DNA of 63,851 nucleotides, filler included, from Vicugna vicugna (taxonomy: Eukaryota): the NCBI GenBank assembly GCA_013265495.1. It is 75 parts of 74 records of this genome, joined end to end, with 100 filler letters (N's around TTAATTAATTAA, not from the genome) between each part and the next. Parts side by side here need not be neighbours in the genome. Positions count along the whole stretch, not along the records: positions 23,681 to 24,487 come from PNXW01029741.1; positions 24,588 to 25,728 come from MU063547.1; positions 25,829 to 26,474 come from PNXW01029744.1; positions 26,575 to 27,795 come from MU063548.1; positions 27,896 to 28,731 come from MU063549.1; positions 28,832 to 29,820 come from PNXW01029750.1; positions 29,921 to 30,609 come from MU063550.1; positions 30,710 to 31,587 come from MU063551.1; 67 more parts are not named here. The stretch is one strand, 5' to 3'. Below are positions 23,681-35,640 of the stretch, one piece after another (the first letter of the stretch is position 1; every line of letters starts with the position of its first letter). The position numbers and the translations under genes were made by a program. Below the pieces are notes generated by a model. It had not been told where the DNA came from and made no database searches. It worked only from the letters and a program-made list of their open reading frames with translations.

Positions 23681-24361
23681 TCCTGGATCAGACTGCTGAG
23701 GCACTTCTCAGGGCCATCAGCCACGTCACTGGGGTCGCGACTGCCCATGACCAGGTGTTTCATGGAGAATTTGTCGCTGGGGTGGAACTGCTTGCTGGCT
23801 TGAGGGGTCGCAGAGCCTCAGCACCAAAGCTCTCCAGGCCCAGGTAGGTGCACGTGGAATCCAGGAAGGAGTCAACCTGGTAGATGCAGATGCGGGCTTG
23901 GCTGCCTTGGCCACCTTCACGGAGAGCATGTAGCAGCACGTGTCCGGGTTGCACAGGGTCCAGGAGCAGCACAAGGCATTGGCAGGGAATTCAGCGGCTG
24001 ACAAGAACTTGTCCTGCAGCAGCGCAGTTCACGGCTCAGCCCCACATCTGCCTAAGTGACACGCGCCTCGAGCCCCGGCAGCAGCCGCAGCAGAAGGAAG
24101 ATCCAGAGGGCACCCAGGGCAGCTGCCTGACCCATCATCCTAGCTCATGGGGCCGCCAGGGTTTCACAGGCTGGGCAGGCAGGCACAGGCCAGGCCCTGA
24201 CATACGAAGGTCCGGCAGTGAGTGGGGTCAGGCCAGGCTGGGGCCAGAGTGCAGGGGCTCTGAGCAGAGGCAGGAGAAAGAGAGGGCTCAGGAGACCGAA
24301 GGGGCAGCAGTGGCTCCTAACATCCAGGGCCCTGACACCGACCTGGGGCTGCCAGCAGAGG
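23681..24361 (-). pseudogene. ADGRB1: Decayed, unprocessed copy of the ADGRB1 (BAI1) first coding exon
   Basis: Minus strand, ATG at 24138: MMGQAAALGALWIFLLL; FPANALCCSWTLCNPD..YMLSVKVAKA; IYQVDSFLDSTCTYLGLESF; LRLCDPS; QASKQF; PSDKFSMKHLVMGSRDPS; DVADGPEKCLSSLIQ. These are colinear with recalled BAI1 segments ([77 protein letters not shown]). There is a stop, several frameshifts and deletions. Polypyrimidine acceptor at 24362-24385. Confidence 0.9.
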
Positions 24362-24587
24362 CTGGAAGAGAAAGCAGAAGAGAGGACTGTGAGCCCCATG
24401 GGGAATCTCAGACTCAGGCATGCTGGGTGCAGCGCCCACCCAGGGCTTGGGGCCCTGACACAGGCCTCGGCCTTGCTCCCAGGCAACNNNNNNNNNNNNN
24501 NNNNNNNNNNNNNNNNNNNNNNNNNNNNNNNTTAATTAATTAANNNNNNNNNNNNNNNNNNNNNNNNNNNNNNNNNNNNNNNNNNNN

Positions 24588-25728
24588 TCCCTGTTCGGGG
24601 AAGTCCGGGAAATAGCTTCCCTGACCTTGGGTGGGCAGCGTATGTCACTGGGTTATCCTGCAATCCCCCCTAACATTCCCTGGCACAGACACATTAGGAA
24701 AACCCTCAGGGGAGACGAGCTTAAGCATTACGTTAGAACCCACGCGCTGCCTACCGTTGGTGGAACCTCCCCACGCTCAGGATTCCGGAACCATTGTCAG
24801 TGCGTGGAGGAGTTCGAGAGACAACTCCACGCAGCTCTCTTCATTCACAGAAGTTCCCTATTCGGGGAAGTCCGTTATACAGCTTCCCTGACTTTGGGGA
24901 GGCAGCATATGTCACTGGGATATCCCACAAACCCCCCTACCATTCCCTGGGACAGACACATTAGGAAAACCCTCAGGGGAGAAGAGCTTAGGCATTCCGT
25001 TAGAACCCACGCGCTGCCGACCGTTGGTGGAACCTCCCCACGCTCAGGATTCCGGAACCATTGTCAGTGCGTGGGGGAGCTCGAGAGACAACTCCACGCA
25101 GTTCTTTTCATTCACAGGATTTNNNNNNNNNNNNNNNNNNNNNNNNNNNNNNNNNNNNNNNNNNNNNNNNNNNNNNNNNNNNNNNNNNNNNNNNNNNNNN
25201 NNNNNNNNNNNNNNNNNNNNNNNNNNNNNNNNNNNNNNNNNNNNNNNNNNNNNNNNNNNNNNNNNNNNNNNNNNNNNNNNNNNNNNNNNNNNNNNNNNNN
25301 NNNNNNNNNNNNNNNNNNNNNNNNNNNNNNNNNNNNNNNNNNNNNNNNNNNNNNNNNNNNNNNNNNNNNNNNNNNNNNNNNNNNNNNNNNNNNNNNNNNN
25401 NNNNNNNNNNNNNNNNNNNNNNNNNNNNNNNNNNNNNNNNNNNNNNNNNNNNNNNNNNNNNNNNNNNNNNNNNNNNNNNNNNNNNNNNNNNNNNNNNNNN
25501 NNNNNNNNNNNNNNNNNNNNNNNNNNNNNNNNNNNNNNNNNNNNNNNNNNNNNNTCCCCACGCTCAGGATTCCGGAACCATTTTCAGTGCGTTGGGGAGC
25601 TCGAGAGACAACTCCACGCAGCTCTCTTCATTCACAGGATTTCCTTGTTCGGGGAAGACCGGGAAATAGCTTCACTTAGCTTAGGGAGGCAGCGAATTTC
25701 ACTGGGATATCCTGCAAACCCCCCTACC
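24588..25728 (+). repeat. Satellite A (267-bp)
   Basis: Tandem monomers (CATTAGGAAAACCCTCAGG at ~24692 and ~24959). Confidence 0.96.
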
Positions 25729-25828
25729 NNNNNNNNNNNNNNNNNNNNNNNNNNNNNNNNNNNNNNNNNNNNTTAATTAATTAANNNNNNNNNNNNNNNN
25801 NNNNNNNNNNNNNNNNNNNNNNNNNNNN

Positions 25829-26333
25829 TCCCTCGCTGAGCTCAGTCACCTCTAGCTTTTGACTTACAGTGAGAGCTGTGTGACTCCTCCTTTCACCTGA
25901 GCACTTAGAAGACATCGCAGGATTATCAGGTGGCCTGATTTCAGGATTGTTGTGTCTCAGGGAAGAGGGAGGCCCCAGGAGAGGAAGAGAGATGGGAATG
26001 GCCAGGGGTGGCGCAGTCACAGGGCACACAACATCTATCAGTTAACTCTGCCGTCTTACATGGGCACAGTTTGTGGGTCCCCAAAACAATTATGACAATA
26101 ACATCAAAGATCACTGATCACCGATCACCATAACAAATATAATAATAATGAAAAGGTTTGCAATACTGTGAAAATTACCAAAATGTGATATAGAGACAAG
26201 AAAGGAGCCAATGCTGTTAGAAAAAAATTGTGCCAATAGACTTGATGGACGCAGAGTTGCCATAAAGTTTCAATTTGTTAAAAAAAAAAACTCACACACA
26301 ATAAAATGAAAGGCAATAAAACAGACACGCCTG
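25829..26333 (-). mobile_element. Tigger1 (Tc1/mariner-pogo) DNA transposon 5' part
   Basis: Minus strand starts CAGGCGTGTCTGTTTTATTGC (TIR). The ORF start MSSKCSGERRSHTALTVSQKLEVTELSEG resembles the Tigger1 transposase N-terminus (MASKCSSERKSRTSLTLNQKLEMIKLSEEG). Confidence 0.93.
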
Positions 26334-26574
26334 ATCTCAGCTATGTGACCAGGTGACTTCAGCGCATTGTCTACAGGAGGTGAGTGTGATTACTCCAATT
26401 TTACCAAGATGAAAACTAAGATTTGGAGAATTTCAGCAATTTGGCCAGAGTCCCACAGCAGAATACAGTAAAGTNNNNNNNNNNNNNNNNNNNNNNNNNN
26501 NNNNNNNNNNNNNNNNNNTTAATTAATTAANNNNNNNNNNNNNNNNNNNNNNNNNNNNNNNNNNNNNNNNNNNN

Positions 26575-27795
26575 CTCTCTTCAGTCACAGGTATTCCCTG
26601 TTCGGTGAAGTCCGAGAAAAAACTTCCCTTACCTTGGGTAGGCAGCCTCTTTCACTGGGATTTCCTGTAAACACCCCTGGCATTCCCTGGCACAGAGAAA
26701 TCAGGAGAAGTCTCAGGGGAGACTAGTTTAAGCATTCCGTTAGTACCCACGCTCTACCGACCGTTGGTGGAATCTTCCCAATCCTAGGATTCCGGAAACA
26801 TTGTCAGTGCGTGGGGGACCTCGAGGGAAAACTCCAAGCAGCTCTCTTCAGTCACAGGTGTTCCCTGTTCGGGGAAGTCCGAGAAATATCTTCCCTGATC
26901 TTGGGGAGGCAGCCTCTGACACTGGGATTTCGTGCAATCTCCCCTAGCATTCCCTGGCACAGAGAAATTAGGAGAAGACTCAGGGGAGACTAGTTTAAGC
27001 ATTCCGTTAGTACCCACGCTCTACCGACCGTTGGTGGAATCTTCCCAATCCTAGGATTCCGGAAACATTGTCAGTGCGTGGGGGACCTCGAGGGAAAACT
27101 CCAAGCAGCTCTCTTCAGTCACAGGTGTTCCCTGTTCGGGGAAGTCCGAGAAATACCTTCCATGACCTTGGGGAGTAAGCCTCGGTCACTGGGATATCCT
27201 GCAATCACCCCTAGCATTCCCTGGCACAGAGACATTAGGAAAAACTTCAGGGGAGACGAGCTTAGGCACTCCGTTAGAACCCACGCGCTGAAGACCGTNN
27301 NNNNNNNNNNNNNNNNNNNNNNNNNNNNNNNNNNNNNNNNNNNNNNNNNNNNNNNNNNNNNNNNNNNNNNNNNNNNNNNNNNNNNNNNNNNNNNNNNNNN
27401 NNNNNNNNNNNNNNNNNNNNNNNNNNNNNNNNNNNNNNNNNNNNNNNNNNNNNNNNNNNNNNNNNNNNNNNNNNNNNNNNNNNNNNNNNNNNNNNNNNNN
27501 NNNNNNNNNNNNNNNNNNNNNNNNNNNNNNNNNNNNNNNNNNNNNNNNNNNNNNNNNNNNNNNNNNNNNNNNNNNNNNNNNNTCAGTGCGTGGGGGAGCT
27601 CGAGAGACAACACCACGCAGCTCTCTTCAGTCACAGGTGTTCCCTGTTCGGGGAAGTCCGAGAAATAACTTCCCTGACCTTGCGGAGGCAGCCTCTGACA
27701 CTGGAAAAACCTGCAATCACCCCTAGCATTCCCTGGCACAGACACATAAGAAAAATCCTCAGGTGAGACGAGCTTAGGCATTCCGTTAGAACCCA
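26575..27795 (+). repeat. Satellite A (267-bp)
   Basis: TAGTACCCACGCTCTACCGA at 26741 and 27008 gives a period of exactly 267. Confidence 0.97.
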
Positions 27796-27895
27796 NNNNN
27801 NNNNNNNNNNNNNNNNNNNNNNNNNNNNNNNNNNNNNNNTTAATTAATTAANNNNNNNNNNNNNNNNNNNNNNNNNNNNNNNNNNNNNNNNNNNN

Positions 27896-28731
27896 TTTAG
27901 AACACTGAATGTAGACACAGAATACAGAATATAGAAAACATATGGCTGAACCCAGAATTTAGAACATGAAATACAGAACACAGGATATAGAACATATAAT
28001 ATAGAAATAAAATGTGAATATAGAATGGAGAACACAGAATATGGAATACAGAATATAGAATGTAGGATATAGATTATAGAACACAGAATATAGAATATAC
28101 AATGGAGAATACAGAAACATGAATTTAGAACATGAAATGAAGAACACAGAATCTAGAATATAGAAGAAAGAATATGGAATGTAGAATAAAGAATGTAGAA
28201 TACAGAATATAGAATATAGAACACAGAATACAGAATATAGAATGTAGAATATAGAATGTAGAACACAGAATATAGAATATAGANNNNNNNNNNNNNNNNN
28301 NNNNNNNNNNNNNNNNNNNNNNNNNNNNNNNNNNNNNNNNNNNNNNNNNNNNNNNNNNNNNNNNNNNNNNNNNNNNNNNNNNNNNNNNNNNNNNNNAGAA
28401 CACAGAATATAGAATATAGAATACAAAAATAGAATGTGGAATATAGAATGTAGAACGCAGAATATAGAATATAGAAAACAGAATATAGAATGTAGAATAC
28501 AGAATGTAGAACACAGAATATAGAATATAGACTACAGAATACATAACAATGAATTTGAACATGGAATTCAGAACACAAAATTTAGTATATAGGATACAGA
28601 ACACATAACATAGAATGTAGAATACAGAATACAGTATACAGAATATTGAATATAGGAAACAGAATGAAGAATCCAGAATTTAGAATATGGAATTCAGAAC
28701 ACAGACTATAGAATACAGAATACATAATACA
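27896..28731 (+). repeat. Satellite E: (ATAGAAT)n-type 7-bp simple satellite
   Basis: Tandem heptamer variants ATAGAAT/ACAGAAT/GTAGAAC. Confidence 0.95.
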
Positions 28732-29167
28732 NNNNNNNNNNNNNNNNNNNNNNNNNNNNNNNNNNNNNNNNNNNNTTAATTAATTAANNNNNNNNNNNNN
28801 NNNNNNNNNNNNNNNNNNNNNNNNNNNNNNNAACTGAGTATCCAAGGAATTTGCTCAAAGTCACACAGCCAGCAAGCTGGGGGATCCAGGTCCCTTGGTT
28901 ACTGATGCCCATCTCTTCCCTCTTCCCTGAAAAATTCGGTGGCCCAGTCTCTTCTCCACCAACACTTCCCTGCATCTCCAGCAGTGACTTTGGCCTACTG
29001 CTCTGTTGGGGCTGCCATCAGGAGGGCCACCAGTAGCTTTCTCATTTTCCCACTATTTGAAGCGTCATTTCTTTGCAGCATTTGATGCTATCATGCAGAA
29101 TCCAGGAACCCTCCCTCACAGCAATGGCCTCTGGGTCAACCTAGAACGGACAAAGACAAGAAGTTAA

Positions 29168-29454
29168 TGGAGAAAAAAGAACCCTCCTACATTGTTGGTG
29201 GGAATGTAAATTGTTGCAGCCACTATGGAGGACAATATGGAGATTCCTCAAAAAATTAAAAATAGGCTTATCATATGATCCAGCAATCCCATTCCTGGGC
29301 ATATATCTGGAGGAAAATATAATTCAAAAAGACACATGTACCTCAATGTTCATAGCAGCACTATTTACAATAGCCAAGATATGGAAACAATCCAAATGTC
29401 CATCAACATATGACTAGATAAAGAAGATGTGATATATATCTATATCTATATCTA

Positions 29455-29509
<55 letters not shown>

Positions 29510-29705
29510 AATGGAATACTACTCAGCCATTAAAAAGATGAAAATAATGTCATTAGTACCATATGACATTGTTTATACATGGAATCTAAAAAAAAAGCAC
29601 ACAAATGAACTTATCTACAAAAGAGAGACAGATTCATAGACATAGAAAGCAACTTATGGTTACCAGTAGGTAAAGGGGGTGGGAAGGGATAATTTGAGAA
29701 TTCAA
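29168..29705 (+). mobile_element. 5'-truncated L1 3' end with internal (TCTA)n
   Basis: [57 protein letters not shown] is the L1 ORF2 C-terminus. TCTA run at ~29440-29510. Confidence 0.95.
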
Positions 29706-29920
29706 AATTTGTACCTTTTGGGAAATTATGGAAATGTTAGCTATCTTGACTGTGGTGGTGGTTTCATTGGTATACACATCTATCAAAATTTATCAAATTG
29801 TACACCTGAAATATGTGTAGNNNNNNNNNNNNNNNNNNNNNNNNNNNNNNNNNNNNNNNNNNNNTTAATTAATTAANNNNNNNNNNNNNNNNNNNNNNNN
29901 NNNNNNNNNNNNNNNNNNNN

Positions 29921-30609
29921 GTATACAGAATTCATGCCATATTTACACAATGGAATAATATTCTGACATAAGAAATGATACAGGAATGACATTTGCAGCA
30001 AAATAGATGTCCCTAAAAAGTGTCATTCTGATTGAAATATGCCAGAAAGAGAAAGAAAAATAAAACATGAAATGACATATGTAGAATCTTAAAAATGAAT
30101 TTCGATGAGAACACTATGATTTGATCTACAAAACGGAAACACACTTGCAGATCTACTTAATAATCTTATGGTTTCTACAGAAAGGGGAAAAGGCAGTATG
30201 TATTGTGAAGATAACTTTAATAGGAACACAAATATATGCATGAAGTGGAACACTATGCTATACACCACAGATTGACACATTGTAAATGGCAGTATTTCAA
30301 TGATAAATAAAATAAATNNNNNNNNNNNNNNNNNNNNNNNNNNNNNNNNNNNNNNNNNNNNNNNNNNNNNNNNNNNNNNNNNNNNNNNNNNNNNNNNNNN
30401 NNNNNNNNNNNNNNNNNNNNNNNNNNNNNNNNNNNNNNNNNNNNNNNNNNNNNNNNNNNNNNNNNNNNNNNNNNNNNNNNNTAAAGTGGACTTTAGGTTC
30501 GCTAAGAAAATAAAGACTGAAATAAAATTAGAAATAAAAGGAAGCATATTACCACTGATGTTGTAAAGATGCAGAGCATCATAAGAAATTACCACTAGCC
30601 AAGCCAACA
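29921..30609 (+). mobile_element. L1 3'UTR (29921-30317) and a short ORF2-like piece after the gap
   Basis: TACACAATGGAATAATATTC...CATTTGCAGCAAAATAGATG..., then AATAAAATTAGAAATAAAAGGAAGCATATTACCACTGAT. Confidence 0.75.
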
Positions 30610-30709
30610 NNNNNNNNNNNNNNNNNNNNNNNNNNNNNNNNNNNNNNNNNNNNTTAATTAATTAANNNNNNNNNNNNNNNNNNNNNNNNNNNNNNNNNNN
30701 NNNNNNNNN

Positions 30710-31587
30710 GGGAAGACAAGCTAAGGGATTCTATAAGAACCCAGACGCTGCTGGAATTTGGAGGAGACTCCCCACTATCAGGATACTTGCGCACGTCTCA
30801 GTGTGTGTGCTGGAGGTGGGGAAACAGAGTCCACGCATCTGTATGGGGGCACAGGTGTTCCAAGATTGGGGAAGTAGTTTCAAACCCTCCAATACCCACA
30901 GAGATGCACTCGCTAATACTTGGCTTTAGAGCCCATCCCCCACCATAGTTCAAGGCTAGGCCTAGGAAAACACTTAGGGAAGTTAAGCTAAGGGATTCTA
31001 TTACAACCCAGGTGCTGCTGTCTGTTGGAGGAACCTCCCCACAGTCAGAACACCAGAACACTTCTTCCTGTGTGTGCTGGAAGTGGGGAAACATAGCACA
31101 CCACACNNNNNNNNNNNNNNNNNNNNNNNNNNNNNNNNNNNNNNNNNNNNNNNNNNNNNNNNNNNNNNNNNNNNNNNNNNNNNNNNNNNNNNNNNNNNNN
31201 NNNNNNNNNNNNNNNNNNNNNNNNNNNNNNNNNNNNNNNNNNNNNNNNNNNNNNNNNNNNNNNNNNNNNNNNNNNNNNNNNNNNNNNNNNNNNNNNNNNN
31301 NNNNNNNNNNNNNNGACATCTGAACCCAATGTCGTGTATGTGCTGGAGGAGGGAAACAAAGTCCACGCATCTTTATGGGGGCACAGGTGTTCCAAGTTTG
31401 GGATTTGGTTTAAAAACTCCACTGCCCATAGAGGGGCACTCGCTAACCCTTGTCTTTAGAGCCCATCCCCCACATTCGCTCACAGCCCGGCCAATTTAAT
31501 CACTCAAGGAAATCAAGTTATCAGATTGTATTAGACCCCAGTTGCTGCTGTCATTTTAGGGAACTCCCACCATTCAGGATAGAAGAA
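30710..31587 (+). repeat. Satellite C (same orientation as A +)
   Basis: TGTGCTGGA.G.GGGAAACA at ~30806, 31073 and 31340 (~267 spacing). Confidence 0.88.
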
Positions 31588-31687
31588 NNNNNNNNNNNNN
31601 NNNNNNNNNNNNNNNNNNNNNNNNNNNNNNNTTAATTAATTAANNNNNNNNNNNNNNNNNNNNNNNNNNNNNNNNNNNNNNNNNNNN

Positions 31688-32838
31688 TTCATGTTTGAGG
31701 AATCCATGATGAATGAATCATGTTCGTAATACAGAACGCCATGGTTATGTAAAAAATGTAAATTACGTGTGTATTGGTGAGAATTCGCTCAAAGAGTGTT
31801 TTCTGGTGCCAAATGTCCGATTTTAGAACCTGGTGATAGGGAAAACATATGAAGTCAGAGTAAATATTTNNNNNNNNNNNNNNNNNNNNNNNNNNNNNNN
31901 NNNNNNNNNNNNNNNNNNNNNNNNNNNNNNNNNNNNNNNNNNNNNNNNNNNNNNNNNNNNNNNNNNNNNNNNNNNNNNNNNNNNNNNNNNNNNNNNNNNN
32001 NNNNNNNNNNNNNNNNNNNNNNNNNNNNNNNNNNNNNNNNNNNNNNNNNNNNNNNNNNNNNNNNNNNNNNNNNNNNNNNNNNNNNNNNNNNNNNNNNNNN
32101 NNNNNNNNNNNNNNNNNNNNNNNNNNNNNNNNNNNNNNNNNNNNNNNNNNNNNNNNNNNNNNNNNNNNNNNNNNNNNNNNNNNNNNNNNNNNNNNNNNNN
32201 NNNNNNNNNNNNNNNNNNNNNNNNNNNNNNNNNNNNNNNNNNNNNNNNNNNNNNNNNNNNNNNNNNNNNNNNNNNNNNNNNNNNNNNNNNNNNNNNNNNN
32301 NNNNNNNNNNNNNNNNNNNNNNNNNNNNNNNNNNNNNNNNNNNNNNNNNNNNNNNNNNNNNNNNNNNNNNNNNNNNNNNNNNNNNNNNNNNNNNNNNNNN
32401 NNNNNNNNNNNNNNNNNNNNNNNNNNNNNNNNNNNNNNNNNNNNNNNNNNNNNNNNNNNNNNNNNNNNNNNNNNNNNNNNNNNTCCTAGATGCATGAATC
32501 ATGTTCGTAATACAGAACGCCATGGTTATGTAAACAATGAAAATTACATGTGTATTGGTGAGAATTCGCTCAAAGAGGGTTTTCTGGTGCCAAATGTCCG
32601 ATTTTACATCCTGGTGATAGGAAAAACCTATGAAGTCAGAGTAAACATATCAAAGTCTATATACGCCTTGTTCGGAAGATGAAACGTCATTAATCCACAT
32701 GCTCACAAGTCAGAAACTCATGATTGTCGAATCCGTCATGCATGGAACATGTACAGAACCTGGAATGCCATGTTGTTGGAATTCATGTATATAACATACC
32801 TATTAGGTGGAAATCGTTCCAGAACAATTTTTCTGTGA
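31688..32838 (+). repeat. Satellite B
   Basis: B subunits on both sides of the gap. Confidence 0.93.
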
Positions 32839-32938
32839 NNNNNNNNNNNNNNNNNNNNNNNNNNNNNNNNNNNNNNNNNNNNTTAATTAATTAANNNNNN
32901 NNNNNNNNNNNNNNNNNNNNNNNNNNNNNNNNNNNNNN

Positions 32939-33970
32939 GGAGACGAGCTTAGGCATTCCGTTAGAACCCACGCGCTACCGAACCTTGGTGGAACCTCCAC
33001 ACGCTCAGGATTCCAGAACCTGTGTCAGAGCGAGGGCGAGCTCGAGAGACTACTCCACGCAGCTCTCGTCAGTCACAGGGGTTCCATGTTCGGGGAAGTC
33101 CGAGAAATATCTTCCCTGACCTTGGGGAGGAAGCCTCTGACACTGGGATATCCTGCAAACCCCCCTAGCATTCCCTGGCACAGAGACATTAGGAAANNNN
33201 NNNNNNNNNNNNNNNNNNNNNNNNNNNNNNNNNNNNNNNNNNNNNNNNNNNNNNNNNNNNNNNNNNNNNNNNNNNNNNNNNNNNNNNNNNNNNNNNNNNN
33301 NNNNNNNNNNNNNNNNNNNNNNNNNNNNNNNNNNNNNNNNNNNNNNNNNNNTCCCTGTTCGGTCCGAGAAATAACTTCCCTGACTTTGGGGAGGCAGCCT
33401 CTGTCACTGAGATACCCTGCCAACACCCCTAGCATTCTCTGGCACAGAGAGATTAGGAAAACCCTCAGGGGAGAGGAGCTTAAGCTTTCCGTTAGAACCC
33501 ACGCGCTGCCGACCGTTGGTGGAACCTCCCCACGTCAGGATTCCGTAACAATTTCCAGTGCGTGGGGGAGCTCTAGAGACAACTCCACGAAACTCTCTTC
33601 TGTCACAGTTGTTCCCTGACCGGGGAAATCCGAGAAATATCTTCCCTGACCTTGGGGAGGCAGCCTCTGTCACTGGGATATCCTGCAAACCCCCCTAGCA
33701 TTCCCTGGCACAGAGACATTAGGAAAACCCTCAGGGGAGACGAGCTTAGCCTTTCCGTTAGAACCCACGCGCTGCCGACCGTTAGTGGAACCTCCCCACG
33801 CTCAGGATTCCGGAACAATTGTCAGTGCGTGAGGGAGCTCGAGAGACAACTCCACGCAGCTCTCTTCAGTCACAGGAGTTCCCTGTTCGGGGAAGTCCGA
33901 GAAAAAGCTTCCCTGAAGTTTGGGTGGTAGCCTCTGTCACTGGGATATCCTGCAAAACCCCCTAGCATTC
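32939..33970 (+). repeat. Satellite A (267-bp)
   Basis: Several tandem A monomers. Confidence 0.96.
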
Positions 33971-34235
33971 NNNNNNNNNNNNNNNNNNNNNNNNNNNNNN
34001 NNNNNNNNNNNNNNTTAATTAATTAANNNNNNNNNNNNNNNNNNNNNNNNNNNNNNNNNNNNNNNNNNNNTGGCCTAGACTCCAGACACATTCAGCAGCT
34101 TCTGGTTTGTAAAGTTGAGGCACTGCCCACCCATCTCCATGTGGCCAATTACTTCAATTCCGGAACAGTTGCGGAAGACATCTTGGCATCTGTCTAACAC
34201 CACTAAGCACCTGACTAGTACCTGAGCACCCGTTC

Positions 34236-34580
34236 TCCAGGGGCCCTCAAACTTCTTGTTCTACAGAACCCTATACACTCTTAACAATTACTGAGAAACC
34301 CAAAAGGCTGTTATTTATGTGAGTTAAATCTATCAATATTTCCTGTGTTAGAAGTTGAATAAGAAGTTAGAAAAAGTGTATGAATTCACTTAAAAATATT
34401 AACAATCTACTGTATGTTACCATTAATACTCTTAAACAAAATATAATTCTATTTTTCAAAACAAAAATCATTAGTGAGAAGAATAGCAGTGATTTTAATT
34501 TCTGCAAATCTCTTATGGACTGGTGAGAGCTGAATTCTCCTATCTGCCTCTGCATTCCCTGTTTTGTGATATCACAGGCC
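34236..34580 (+). mobile_element. hAT-Charlie DNA transposon fossil (Charlie4-like)
   Basis: CTCAAACTTCTTGTTCTACAGAACCCTATACACTCTTAACAATTACTGAGAAACCCAAAAGG resembles a Charlie-family terminus as recalled. Subfamily is uncertain. Confidence 0.6.
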
Positions 34581-34862
34581 AGGTTTTCCCTGGAAAACTC
34601 CACAGGAACTCGGGAGAGCAAGAGTGTGCAAAAGGACTATCCTAGGCTCTTGTGCACTAGAGCCAGGCAAGGGTCCTGGATTCTGTAATGAGTTACGACC
34701 ACCGCACCCCTCCATTCTCTGTGTCTCTCAAAACCTCCATTACTGCAGATGAGGATGGGATGNNNNNNNNNNNNNNNNNNNNNNNNNNNNNNNNNNNNNN
34801 NNNNNNTTAATTAATTAANNNNNNNNNNNNNNNNNNNNNNNNNNNNNNNNNNNNNNNNNNNN

Positions 34863-35540
34863 CCGATGGACTGAGGAAGTATTTAGATGATTTCTCCATA
34901 AAGGGAATCACCTGAGCTCCCATTCATCTGCGTGGAGTGGGGCTACAAATCTCCCCACCACACAAGATTGCGTTCCAGTATGCTGAGGGTGGGGTAGTTC
35001 CACCAACTGACATCAGCGTCTTGGTTTTAATAGAATCCCTTTGCTTGTCTTCCCTGATGGTTTGCCTAGGCCAGTGTGTGGTTGAAAGTGGCATTTGGGA
35101 TCTAAAACTAAGTATTNNNNNNNNNNNNNNNNNNNNNNNNNNNNNNNNNNNNNNNNNNNNNNNNNNNNNNNNNNNNNNNNNNNNNNNNNNNNNNNNNNNN
35201 NNNNNNNNNNNNNNNNNNNNNNNNNNNNNNNNNNNNNNNNNNNNNNNNNNNNNNNNNNNNNNNNNNNNNNNNNNNNNNNNNNNNNNNNNNNNNNNNNNNN
35301 NNNNNNNNNNNNNNNNNNNNNNNNNNNNNNNNNNNNNNNNNNNNNNNNNNNNNNNNNNNNNNNNNNNNNNNNNNNNNNNNNNNNNNNNNNNNNNNNNNNN
35401 NNNNNNNNNNTGAAGGCATGCCTAGGCTGGAGAGTGGGGGAAAGTGGGGGTTGGGCTCTAAACCAAGTATTATGCATAGCCTATCCATGGGATGTGGGTT
35501 TTAACCTAAAACCCACAACCATGGAATAAATGTGCCCCCT
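34863..35540 (-). repeat. Satellite C
   Basis: CATTCATCTGCGTGGAGTGGGGCT and ATAGAATCCCTTTGCTTGTCTTCCCTGATGGTTTGCCTAGG motifs. Confidence 0.88.
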
Positions 35541-35640
35541 NNNNNNNNNNNNNNNNNNNNNNNNNNNNNNNNNNNNNNNNNNNNTTAATTAATTAANNNN
35601 NNNNNNNNNNNNNNNNNNNNNNNNNNNNNNNNNNNNNNNN

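Noticed and set aside
23884..24543. 219-aa plus-strand ORF as a gene
   Set aside because: It is the antisense shadow of the GC-rich ADGRB1-derived sequence.
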